From the sequence record DRR723986_14582: a stretch of 64,000 nucleotides of DNA; one strand, written 5' to 3'. The translations under genes were made by a program, and so were the position numbers. Position 1 is the first letter of the stretch, and each line of letters opens with the position of its first letter. Positions 29,952-39,661 of the stretch are shown here, piece by piece. Under the pieces are notes generated by a model. It did not search any database. It had not been told where the DNA came from and saw only the letters and a program-made list of their open reading frames with translations.

Positions 29952-31736
29952 TCAGTCTTGCCAAAGGACCAGGATACGCGGCAGCTGAGAGGCCGGAGAG
30001 CCAGCAGGGTCGGTCCCGAAAAGTTGCACTCCGACGGCCAAATCCACTTTGCCGTTTTGGTCAAAATCTCCAGCAGTAATGCTAGAAAACCTCGCTGGCC
30101 CCTTCCGTAGGACATGCGAATCAAACTTGCCGCCTTCTAACTGCTCGAGCACGACGATGGAATCTGCCTCGCGCTCACGCAACTGCAATGGCTTGATGGT
30201 TGTGGGTAAATTCGCCACGGCAGCGATATCCAGATCACCATCGCCGTCGATATCGCAGGGCACCGCTTGATATGCTCCTGGCAACATGAGCAGCCGTCGC
30301 GACGCGTAATGCAGCTCACCCTGGTTCTCAATGAGATACACCCCGTGATTCAAACTCGCGTAGTTATTGTCGAAAGAGTCTCCGCAAGTGACAACCATGT
30401 CGTTGTCCCCATCAGCGTCAATATCGCAAAGCACCAGCGAAACACTGCCACAGGCTAAGTCTGGAGCCGACCAAACGGGGTGGCGGTTAAACACTCTTCC
30501 CGCGTTAATCCACACATCAACCTGCTCGTATTCCTGGGTGGTCAAAGTGACGAGATCCAGCCTGCCATCACCGTTAACGTCGTCTTGGATGACCCGCACG
30601 ACGCCGGGGCGATTGTTCAGAACTTTATCTTGCATCGCTAATTGGCCAGCTTCGTCTTCCGCCGCAGTCAACAAGTGCAGGCCACCTCGCTCGCGATGCC
30701 CAAACTCGGCATAAACCACCTCTTGACGCTGGTCCTCGCGGAAATCGCCGACAATCGCATCAGCCACTCGGCCAATCCGATTCTTGACGAGCTGCGGCTG
30801 GAACTGCATGCCTTGCACTTGCTTAAACAGGGCAACGCCGCCGTATGGGTGGTCGTATGGATTGAAGCTCCCAAGATCCGACGCAATCAGATCGCTGAGT
30901 CCATCATCGTCAAAATCACACACGTTCACGCGAGCTGGATTGCTAAGGCGTCCCACTAAGGATCTCGCGGAACTCTGACGCTCAGGCCTGATCAGGCTGA
31001 TGCTTCCGTCTCGCATGTCCGTTGCAAACAAAAAACTCTGTCGTGATGTCTTTGCCTTTATGTCTTCCTTGGGCTTGTCCGGATTATCGGCCGCGTCAGC
31101 CCCACTTTGATCTTCGCTTGCCCCCTGCCCTGCTCCGCTCTCAGGGTCACTGCTGCTCCGTTCGTCGCTACCATCCTCAACAGCGCTGGAGCTAGCAGTA
31201 GGATCGGGTGTCTGGATTTCTAGCCACTGGATCGACGAAATCGCAGGTGGCAAGTACGCCCCATCTTTCCAGTCCATTTGCGTCGTTGTGAACTTCGCGG
31301 CCCACTCCTTGCTCAGCCCAGCCGTTTGAGGAAAGACTACTGCTTCGGGAGCTTGCTCACGGTAGAAGCTTACGACGTCGGCGGGCGGTGGTGGGTTAAG
31401 ATCGGTCCGACCGCTTCGCGCATAAAATTCGTAGCCCTTTCGAATTTCTTCATACCAGACGTCTCTCGGGAAACTTGACGGTTGAGGAAGCTTGTGACAA
31501 TCACTGCAAAACTCAGCAATCGCCTTGGGAACGCCCGTCGCTCCCGCGGGGTCTGTCGCCTCCGATGGCGGCTTATTGGAAACCAACGCGGTCGCCAATT
31601 CGGCTGCTTCCGCTTGCTGCTCGGCGGTGACTGCATCACGCATGGATTCTTGGCATCCGAGCAGTCCTGCAAAAGCGATCAAACACCCTGCTGGCCACAA
31701 CAAAGTTGGGCGATTGTGTTGTCGGACGCTGTTCAT
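29952..31736 (-). CDS. Lipoprotein with monoheme c motif and FG-GAP/VCBS repeats
   Basis: Lipobox LLGC, CSDCH, repeated DxDxDGxxD motifs (DFDDDGLSD, DVNGDGRLD, DIDADGDND, DIDGDGDLD, DFDQNGKVD). Confidence 0.85.
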   Translation of the reverse strand: MNSVRQHNRPTLLWPAGCLIAFAGLLGCQESMRDAVTAEQQAEAAELATALVSNKPPSEATDPAGATGVPKAIAEFCSDCHKLPQPSSFPRDVWYEEIRKGYEFYARSGRTDLNPPPPADVVSFYREQAPEAVVFPQTAGLSKEWAAKFTTTQMDWKDGAYLPPAISSIQWLEIQTPDPTASSSAVEDGSDERSSSDPESGAGQGASEDQSGADAADNPDKPKEDIKAKTSRQSFLFATDMRDGSISLIRPERQSSARSLVGRLSNPARVNVCDFDDDGLSDLIASDLGSFNPYDHPYGGVALFKQVQGMQFQPQLVKNRIGRVADAIVGDFREDQRQEVVYAEFGHRERGGLHLLTAAEDEAGQLAMQDKVLNNRPGVVRVIQDDVNGDGRLDLVTLTTQEYEQVDVWINAGRVFNRHPVWSAPDLACGSVSLVLCDIDADGDNDMVVTCGDSFDNNYASLNHGVYLIENQGELHYASRRLLMLPGAYQAVPCDIDGDGDLDIAAVANLPTTIKPLQLREREADSIVVLEQLEGGKFDSHVLRKGPARFSSITAGDFDQNGKVDLAVGVQLFGTDPAGSPASQLPRILVLWQD

Positions 31737-31854
31737 ATAACTGCTCGTTTTAATCCGAGGTAAACTCTGCCAGCCAAACGACTGATTCAACACAGTAGTG
31801 TATAACCAATCGTTCTAACCGCAGAGCCACCGATCTGTTAAGGCATTCACTTCC

Positions 31855-33774
31855 TTGAAAAAAGCCATTCTTGCCATATTGTCGCTCGCCGTGGTAGCCA
31901 CCATAGCTTGGCTCGCAGTCCGCCGTACCGACGAGGGCGGATTTGAGGCTGTCTATCAAACGGGACAGTACAGCCGGCTCGCTAGCCAGGTCGACGCTGA
32001 CACTCCCGAGGGGGCCTGGATGAAAGCAAACTGCCTTCGCCAACTCGGCCGCTTCGAAGAAGCACTGGCGGTAAAGCAAGATTCGTCGCGACAGCAAGCA
32101 ATCGAGGAGCTCATCAATTCACGGCTGGGAAGATTCGAAGACACTCCACTGCGCCGGATTCGCAAGTTAACCGAGGCGGAAGTAGCCACCGACGACGCAC
32201 ACGAAGCGGTCGCCTGGGGGTGCATCGAGCAGGGGATGTTCTCTGACGCCGAGCGCATCATCTCCGCTTGGCAGGAACAAGATGGAGGCGAACACTTTGC
32301 CGCCCAGCGAGCCTATCTTCGCGTTATGCTTGAGCGACGAACTGGTAAAGCGACGACGATCGAACCACTTGCCGACCTTCTTAGCACTTACCCTGGCTAT
32401 GAATTGCCGCCGATCGCAATTGCCGAGATTCTAACCACCCCGCCAAACATTGATTTTGCCCGCGCGGAAGCTCTGCTAAAGTACTTGGTCACGCACTTTC
32501 CCGAAAACACGCGAGCCCGATTGGCGCTAGCCAGCACGCTACGAAAGACTGGGCAACTTCCTGCATCCGAGCAAGCCCTCGAGCCTCTCCCGGAGACAAC
32601 ATCACTGGCTGCGGAACTTGCCCGTGAACAAGCGGCTTTGGAGTTCGATGCAGGTGAACTGGCGCTCAGCCTCAAGCACGCCACGGCCACCGACTCCGAT
32701 CCCCTCTCGGCAGTCAGGCGACTTAGCGATGAAGCCTTTCGTTACAACTTACAGGGCAACGGAAGTGCTGGAGAACAGGTTTCACGCCAGGCAAAATTGG
32801 CAGCAACTTCCCTAGCCATGCAGGGGAACCACTCGGCTGCTTCAGAAGCGTTCGCCTATATTCTCGATCGTGTTGCTCGCACGCGACGCTTGATCGATGT
32901 GCGTGCGCGACAAATGCTCTTCCCCGAAGCTCAGCAATTGCGTGACGAGACCAACATGCTCACCTCGCCGGCGTTCGCTCCGGACCACCCGACGTTGGCC
33001 GACTTACAGGGTTGGTTTCCGCCGACTTCAGCCACTGGGGCAGAACTTCCAGGCTATGCACTGTACGAGCAACAATGCGCCGCATGCCATGGGACCGAGG
33101 GGTTGGGAGACGGTCGGGCCTCGCGGCACTTGAAACGCGGAGCCAGAAACTTTCAGGAAGAACCGATACGTATCGTTTCTTCAGGAAACTCGCTTGCCTC
33201 AAACGAAGACTTGCGGCGGGCAATCAGCCAAGGGCAAGTCAGCGGCGGCATGCCAGCCTTTGCCGAGCTCACGGACAAACAACTCGACGAGCTCGTGGAA
33301 GTAGTGCGGCACTTCCAACGACAGGGGCTAAAGCAGCAGTTCAAAGCCAGAGAGCGAAACATGCAGGAGCCAGCCGACAAGCCCGAACAAGACTGGGTAT
33401 CCGAACGGATGCTCGGCGACGAACCACTTGCGGTACCCGAACTTGCAACCGCTTCCAGTGATCTGATCGAAAAAGGAAGAGCCGCTTTCAAGGCAATTGG
33501 CTGCATCCAGTGCCACAGCGACCGAATTCAAACCTACGTGCCAAGCCAACGCCTTTTGCATGATTCGCTTGGACGCCCCATCACAGCGCCCAATCTAGTC
33601 TCGGCTGAATTCCGCGGTGGTGATTCTGCGACCGACATTTACCGCCGAATCAAACTCGGCATCCCTGGCACGCCTCACCCGTCAGCCCGGGCTCTGGATG
33701 ATGAAACAGTTGCTTCAATCGTAGGCTACCTGCAATCCCAGAGAGAAGCTGCCCCCGAAACCCCTGTTCGATAG
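31855..33774 (+). CDS. Membrane-anchored TPR-like protein with two c-type heme domains
   Basis: N-terminal anchor, TPR-like helices (LRQLGRFEEAL; LASTLRKTGQ), CAACH and CIQCH. Confidence 0.85.
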   Translation: MKKAILAILSLAVVATIAWLAVRRTDEGGFEAVYQTGQYSRLASQVDADTPEGAWMKANCLRQLGRFEEALAVKQDSSRQQAIEELINSRLGRFEDTPLRRIRKLTEAEVATDDAHEAVAWGCIEQGMFSDAERIISAWQEQDGGEHFAAQRAYLRVMLERRTGKATTIEPLADLLSTYPGYELPPIAIAEILTTPPNIDFARAEALLKYLVTHFPENTRARLALASTLRKTGQLPASEQALEPLPETTSLAAELAREQAALEFDAGELALSLKHATATDSDPLSAVRRLSDEAFRYNLQGNGSAGEQVSRQAKLAATSLAMQGNHSAASEAFAYILDRVARTRRLIDVRARQMLFPEAQQLRDETNMLTSPAFAPDHPTLADLQGWFPPTSATGAELPGYALYEQQCAACHGTEGLGDGRASRHLKRGARNFQEEPIRIVSSGNSLASNEDLRRAISQGQVSGGMPAFAELTDKQLDELVEVVRHFQRQGLKQQFKARERNMQEPADKPEQDWVSERMLGDEPLAVPELATASSDLIEKGRAAFKAIGCIQCHSDRIQTYVPSQRLLHDSLGRPITAPNLVSAEFRGGDSATDIYRRIKLGIPGTPHPSARALDDETVASIVGYLQSQREAAPETPVR

Positions 33775-33850
33775 CCATTGTGGTAAGTTCTCCAGGGCCA
33801 CACACGGCCCGTCGAGCAACCAACCCACCTGTAGTTTTCAGGAACCCACC

Positions 33851-35299
33851 ATGAAAAAACCACTGCGTCTCCTGCTTTGCTTCACACTGCTATGCATCGC
33901 CAGCGCTGGCCTGTCACGACCGGCGTTTGGGCAAGAACAACCATCGAAACCAAACGTTGTACTTTTCTTTGCCGACGATCTTGCCTATGCGGATTTACAC
34001 TGCTTCGGTGGTGATTCGATGGTTACGCCAAACCTGGACAAGCTTGCATCAGGTGGCGTTCGGATGACAAGCTTCTACGCGTCGCAAGCGGTATGCAGTG
34101 CATCTAGATGCTCTTTGTTGACGGGCTGCTACAACGTCCGCCTTGGAATCTTGGGAGCACTCGGCCCAGGTGCAACGACCTGCCTGAATCCCAAAGAGGA
34201 AACCATCGCGGAAATCCTCAAGCCGCAGGGCTACAAGACAGCCATCTTTGGAAAGTGGCACTTGGGCGATCGCGGCGATGGCCTGCCAACTCGACACGGC
34301 TTCGACCAATACCACGGACTGCCTTACTCCAACGACATGTGGCCCTACCATCCGACGAGTAAGAGATTCCCGGCTCTGCCACTGTTTGAAAATGAATCCA
34401 TCATCAACGACAACGTCACCGCAGAAGACCAAGAGCATCTGACCGAGTGGGCGACCGAACACGCGCTTGAATTTATCGACTCCGCTGGTGACGATCCGTT
34501 CTTCCTGTATATGCCCTTCAGCATGCCACACGTGCCGCTCTATGTTTCGCAGCGGTACAAAGGCAAAACCGGCAAGGGGCTTTTCCACGATGTTATCGCG
34601 GAGATCGACTGGAGTGTCGGCGAAGTGGTCGCCAAACTTCAGGAGAAGGGACTGAGCGAAAACACACTCGTCATCTTCACATCCGACAATGGTCCCTGGT
34701 TATCGTATGGAGATCACGCCGGGAGTGCCAAACCGCTGCGTGAGGGCAAGGGAACCGCGTGGGAAGGTGGGCAGCGGGAGCCGACCATCTTCAACTGGCC
34801 CGGAAAAATCCCCGCCGGAACGTCGTGTGATGAAATCGCTGGCACAATCGATGTCCTGCCAACCATCGCAGCCATCACCGGTGCCGAACTTCCCGAGAAG
34901 AAGATCGATGGAAAAAACATCTGGCCACTCCTGAGTGGCGACACTGACGCCGTTAGCCCTCACGAAGCATTCTACTATTACTGGTCGCGGGAGCTGCATG
35001 CCATTCGTAGCGGCAAATGGAAACTGCACTTTCCTCACTCCTACCGCAGCTTGAAGGGCGAGCCCGGAAGTGGCGGGCTGCCAGGTCCCTACGTTCAGAA
35101 GAAGTGTGGCTTGGAGCTATACAATCTGGATGACGACATTTCCGAAAGCACCGATGTTTCTGCCGAGCATCCTGAGGTGGTCGCCATGCTGAATCGTTTG
35201 GCTGACATCAAGCGCTGGGAGCTTGGCGACGCTCTTCAAAAACGCAAGGGGAATGAAATCCGCCCAGCCGGACAACTACCGAAAGTGAAGAAGGATTAA
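33851..35299 (+). CDS. Arylsulfatase-family sulfatase (secreted)
   Basis: PNVVLFFADDL, CSASR, GKWHLG, FTSDNG, EGGQREP; signal peptide. Confidence 0.93.
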   Translation: MKKPLRLLLCFTLLCIASAGLSRPAFGQEQPSKPNVVLFFADDLAYADLHCFGGDSMVTPNLDKLASGGVRMTSFYASQAVCSASRCSLLTGCYNVRLGILGALGPGATTCLNPKEETIAEILKPQGYKTAIFGKWHLGDRGDGLPTRHGFDQYHGLPYSNDMWPYHPTSKRFPALPLFENESIINDNVTAEDQEHLTEWATEHALEFIDSAGDDPFFLYMPFSMPHVPLYVSQRYKGKTGKGLFHDVIAEIDWSVGEVVAKLQEKGLSENTLVIFTSDNGPWLSYGDHAGSAKPLREGKGTAWEGGQREPTIFNWPGKIPAGTSCDEIAGTIDVLPTIAAITGAELPEKKIDGKNIWPLLSGDTDAVSPHEAFYYYWSRELHAIRSGKWKLHFPHSYRSLKGEPGSGGLPGPYVQKKCGLELYNLDDDISESTDVSAEHPEVVAMLNRLADIKRWELGDALQKRKGNEIRPAGQLPKVKKD

Positions 35300-35424
35300 T
35301 TCCGGCTGTTTCCTAGCTGCCGAACGGGCGTCGCTCCGCACCTTGATCGGGCCTACCTTTGCGTGGGCGCCCCTGCCTCACTAGGGCTGGCAAGATGCCA
35401 CACCGCTATCCCGCGGCCACACAC

Positions 35425-38400
35425 CTATGGTGCAACGGTCACCGGTGTGTCCTGGAAATAGTGCTGATACCAGCCCTGTTCGCGACGCTGTTTACCATCG
35501 GGCAAGCCCGCCGGCTCGAGCGAATCGGCCCACTGGGCGAGCTCGTCACGCAGGGACTGAGCTAGCTCCGGATGCGTGGCAAGGACGTTTTCGGTTTCGT
35601 GAGCGTCGCTTTCCAAATCAAACAGGAACCGCTGTCCGGCCCCGACGTAAATATACTTCCACTTTCCGCGGCGAATCGCAGCTTGATCCCAGAAGCGGAA
35701 ATAAAGACTGCGTGTCGAAGGGATCTGCACGCTATTGAATCGACCGAGCATGTCGATCCCATCAAACCGATCGACGCCACTACTGCTCGCTGCGTCTGGG
35801 ATTGAACCGCCGGCCAGCTTGACGACCGTTGGCGCGATATCCAATGTGCTGACTGGCCAGTCGTACACCTTGCCTTGAGGAAGTTGGTTCGGGCAGCTCC
35901 AAATCATGGGGACTCGCACGCCACCTTCGGTCAACATGCCTTTCTCGCCAATCCACGGATCGTTTAGCGAACCATCCCAGCCACCTGGATCACCAGTCAC
36001 AGGGGAATCAGGCTTGGTCATCTTCAGTGGAGCGCCGTTGTCGCTGGTCATGACGATCAGTGTATTGTCCAGCAGGTCGTGCTCGCGCAACTGCTGGACG
36101 ACTTGCCCGACGCCGTCGTCAATCGCGGCGATCATCGCCAAAGCGTAGCGTCGTCGCTCGGGCATCTCGCCAGGAAAACGCTCCAGATACTTTTGCGTTG
36201 CTTCCAGCGGCGTGTGAGGGCCATAGTAGTTCAGTTGTAGGTAGAAGGGTTGGCCGTGGTTGCGTTTGATGAAATTCACGGCGGCCTCAGATTGGATGTC
36301 GATGCGGAAGCCATCATCTTGAACCATCTTCATCTTGGGCAGCAACTGTTGGCCATCGCGGTCATAGTTCACACGATAGTTCTTCATCGCGCCCCAGTAG
36401 TATTGCTGGAACCCCTGTTGTGCAGGAGAAAACGGGCGAATCTTATCCCAGGGAATTCGGCGTTGGCGGCGCGGTCGGTCAGCCATACTCGGCAGCTCCG
36501 CCTTCATCCATTTCGTACACAGCACGTTGGGTTCTAAATGCCATTTGCCAACGAAGCCCGTTGAGTAGCCCAACGGCTGAAGGCGTTCGGCAATCGTAAC
36601 GGCCTTGCTTGGGAGCGGCATGTCGGGAATCGTATCGATGCCGAACCGTTGCTGATACTGACCGGTGATCAAACCGGCCCGCGAGGGGCTGCACTGTGGT
36701 GACGTTACATACCCGGCTGTGCAACGAACACCTCGCATCGCCAAAGCATCAATGTGAGGCGTTTGGATATCATCAACTTGTCCTTGGCAACTTAGATCCG
36801 CCCATCCCTGATCATCGGTCAATATGACTACGATGTTTGGCTGAGTGGCCGGTACGATGGCTTGGGCCGTGCGGTCGCCGATGACAAAATGGCCAAGTGG
36901 CACGATCGACAACGCTTGATCCTTGGCCGCCTCTTCTTGTTCTTGTGGTTTTGCAATCATCCACACCGCACCAGGGCGTGTCCGTTGCTGTTTCGTCGCC
37001 CCCGCAGCGATCGTTCCATAGGATTTAGGTTCGCCGTCACGAGACATCCAAAACAGCTCGATATCATTGCGTTGCTGGTTGATGAAGTAGACGGGGAAGG
37101 GGTTTCCATCGGGCTTCGACGCTGGAACATTTTCGATGCTTGCTGAATCTCCCGCCTGCGGGTGCCAAGTCAACTTGGCTAGCGACTCAACCGATGGCTC
37201 AATGCGGGGCGCAAACTCTTTCGGTGCATCTTTGCGCATTCCAGCGAGGATCGACTGCATGCTGTCCTGCCCCGCAAGATTGGTCCACTCGTAAGGATCG
37301 CTTTGAATGTCGTAGAGCTCTTCGCCGCCGTCAGCGTAGTGAATGTAGCGATGCTGCCTGCCACTGACCGCGTAGCTACCCGGCTGAGAAAGATACGTTG
37401 CAGAAGTGTTCGCCCAGTCCTCGTTATCAGGATCAGCCAGAAGCGGCAGTAAGCTAGGGCCATCGTTCGTGTCTAGTCTTGGCAAGCCGCAGAGCTGCAG
37501 CAGTGTGGGATAGAGACTGAGCAGGTTTGTCGGCGCGTCACAGATTCCACCCGCTTTGGTTCCCTGAGGCAACGCGTCTGACAAGTTGGCTGGAACGCGA
37601 ACCATCAAGGGCACCCGCGTCACGGCTCGCCACGGTGTGTATTTTTGCCAATGCTCTTTCTCGCCGAGCTGCCAGCCGTGATCGGACCACAGGATCACAA
37701 TAGTGTTATCGGCATGCTCGCTCTGCTCAAGGGCATCCAAGATTCGCCCAAGCATGGCGTCAGCGAAATGGATCGACGCCAAGTAGCCTTGTATGCCCTG
37801 CTTCCATTGGTCTTGCTGCTGAATGTGCGCGAAGTACCGATTGCGAGCCATCCGGTTTCCCGCTGCGGGCACATCATCCAAGTCGTCGATGCGGTAGCCC
37901 GGCGGCAATTCGATGTTCTCTAGGGGAAACGGCTCGTAATACTTCTTGGGGACAAACCAGGGTTCGTGAGGACGGTAGAGGCCGCAACCAAGGAAAAACG
38001 GCTTGTCCTGTTCACGTTGCAACTGCTGCCCGATCCAGTTGCTGACTGCAAAGTCGCCGCCAAACTCTGCATCGGTAACGTCGAGTGCGGCCCAGTCGGT
38101 TTCGACGTACTGCCAGGGCCCACCGCGAGGCAAGTTGACGGGCCGCTGCTTCGGGTAGTATGTCTTCGGGAGCGGATTTTCGGTGGAGGGCTTTGGAAAG
38201 TAGTCGTCCCATGATGCTTGGTCGATGAAGTAGTGCAACAACTTGCCAGAGCCAGCGGAGTAGTAACCTTGATCGCGGAAGTACTGGGGAATGATGGTTG
38301 CGTCGGGCATGACTTCGCGCATTTGTTGGCGATTGTCGTACAAGCCGGATCGGTTCGGCGCGCGACCTGTGAAGACGGCTGATCGACACGGATTGCAAGC

Positions 38401-38748
38401 TGGCGCTGGGCAATGAGCGTTGGTGAATAGAATTCCGCTAGCCGCCAATCGATCTAGGTTCGGCGTAAGTGTCTGTGGATGGCCACCCAAGCAGCCTATC
38501 CAATCGTTCAGATCGTCCATCGCAATGAACAACACATTGGGACGCCGGGGCTCGCCGCCCTGCCCTTCTGGCTCCTGCTTCGCTGGCTCCTGCGTCTTGG
38601 TGGCTGGCTCACTGGCTGCGTCGGTGACAGCTAAGAGCGTTGTGGACGATAGTGCAAGCGCGAAGGCTGCAAGTATGCTGCCAAAGCGGACTAGCTTGCC
38701 CGCCCCAAGTACCGGAAAGCAGAAAACATAGAAACGGTGAACTATCAT
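35425..38748 (-). CDS. Tandem two-domain sulfatase with an intervening VHL-beta-like module
   Basis: PNVLFIAMDD...CNPCR and PNIVVILTDD...CSPSR, separated by VYFINQ...ELFWM...SYGTI...QRTRPGAVW. Confidence 0.9.
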   Translation of the reverse strand: MIVHRFYVFCFPVLGAGKLVRFGSILAAFALALSSTTLLAVTDAASEPATKTQEPAKQEPEGQGGEPRRPNVLFIAMDDLNDWIGCLGGHPQTLTPNLDRLAASGILFTNAHCPAPACNPCRSAVFTGRAPNRSGLYDNRQQMREVMPDATIIPQYFRDQGYYSAGSGKLLHYFIDQASWDDYFPKPSTENPLPKTYYPKQRPVNLPRGGPWQYVETDWAALDVTDAEFGGDFAVSNWIGQQLQREQDKPFFLGCGLYRPHEPWFVPKKYYEPFPLENIELPPGYRIDDLDDVPAAGNRMARNRYFAHIQQQDQWKQGIQGYLASIHFADAMLGRILDALEQSEHADNTIVILWSDHGWQLGEKEHWQKYTPWRAVTRVPLMVRVPANLSDALPQGTKAGGICDAPTNLLSLYPTLLQLCGLPRLDTNDGPSLLPLLADPDNEDWANTSATYLSQPGSYAVSGRQHRYIHYADGGEELYDIQSDPYEWTNLAGQDSMQSILAGMRKDAPKEFAPRIEPSVESLAKLTWHPQAGDSASIENVPASKPDGNPFPVYFINQQRNDIELFWMSRDGEPKSYGTIAAGATKQQRTRPGAVWMIAKPQEQEEAAKDQALSIVPLGHFVIGDRTAQAIVPATQPNIVVILTDDQGWADLSCQGQVDDIQTPHIDALAMRGVRCTAGYVTSPQCSPSRAGLITGQYQQRFGIDTIPDMPLPSKAVTIAERLQPLGYSTGFVGKWHLEPNVLCTKWMKAELPSMADRPRRQRRIPWDKIRPFSPAQQGFQQYYWGAMKNYRVNYDRDGQQLLPKMKMVQDDGFRIDIQSEAAVNFIKRNHGQPFYLQLNYYGPHTPLEATQKYLERFPGEMPERRRYALAMIAAIDDGVGQVVQQLREHDLLDNTLIVMTSDNGAPLKMTKPDSPVTGDPGGWDGSLNDPWIGEKGMLTEGGVRVPMIWSCPNQLPQGKVYDWPVSTLDIAPTVVKLAGGSIPDAASSSGVDRFDGIDMLGRFNSVQIPSTRSLYFRFWDQAAIRRGKWKYIYVGAGQRFLFDLESDAHETENVLATHPELAQSLRDELAQWADSLEPAGLPDGKQRREQGWYQHYFQDTPVTVAP

Positions 38749-39159
38749 CGCGGTTGTGGCTCGGAGGGCTAAGCGGTGGAAACTACTGAGAAAACCAATG
38801 TGTGGTTCGCTAAGTGATAGCGTAAAGAATCCGCCCTGCGGATTGTCGGACTGTTGGGCGGTTTTTCAGAAAGCTGGCTCTTCCGCCCTGACCACGCAGA
38901 GTTTTACCGTGTGGAAAGCAGCCGTCTCGCTCGGGATTTCCAACAACAACTTCCCTCCTCCAGAACGTTTCACACCCAACGGCAGGTGCCCTACTTCACC
39001 TGGCGCTGGCGTGTGGCGGTGACCCGCGGACTGGAATTTCGATGGTTTTTGCCGTAATTGCTTTCGGCTTCTGGACTTATTCGGTGGACATTGCGTACTA
39101 TGAGGCTGCGTGTGGATGGCGAAAGTTTGCGTTTAATTGAGGTTGGCTGAGGCGCGGCG

Positions 39160-39414
39160 ATGGAAAGTCTGCGAGAAGTTTTGTCACATCCGGCCGTTAT
39201 GGCTGCGGTAGCAGTCGTGGCGGTTATGTTGATCGCAGCCATCGGCTACTACATTGCCAAGAGCTTACGCCCTTCGACAGGTACAGACGGTACCAACGTC
39301 GACGACCTCGTAAATAACTTTGCGGAAATGCAACGAGAGGGTGACATCACCGACGCTGAACTCCGAAGAATACAATCAGTGCTTGGTGACTCGAATCAAT
39401 CTCAAACAGATTGA
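39160..39414 (+). CDS. Small membrane protein with SHOCT-like C-terminus
   Basis: One TM helix, then EMQREGDITDAELRRIQSVL. Confidence 0.65.
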   Translation: MESLREVLSHPAVMAAVAVVAVMLIAAIGYYIAKSLRPSTGTDGTNVDDLVNNFAEMQREGDITDAELRRIQSVLGDSNQSQTD

Positions 39415-39661
39415 CGGGCGTGAACCCTCACGCATTGCTTGTCTGGGAGACTTGCAGCTAACCAACCACACTTTGGCTCGACCCCGAGGACACGGATGCC
39501 CGGACCTAGCTATTGATTTGCATGATCGCACTTCGATTTCCTAGGGCCATTCGAGCGACATTACGTGTTACATAATTGGACCTGTGCATAGCGGCCCTGA
39601 AACTCTGTTTCAGCGGTGGCAATTGGAGCCGGGTCAGAAGAATCGAGCAAAGGAGTCGTGT

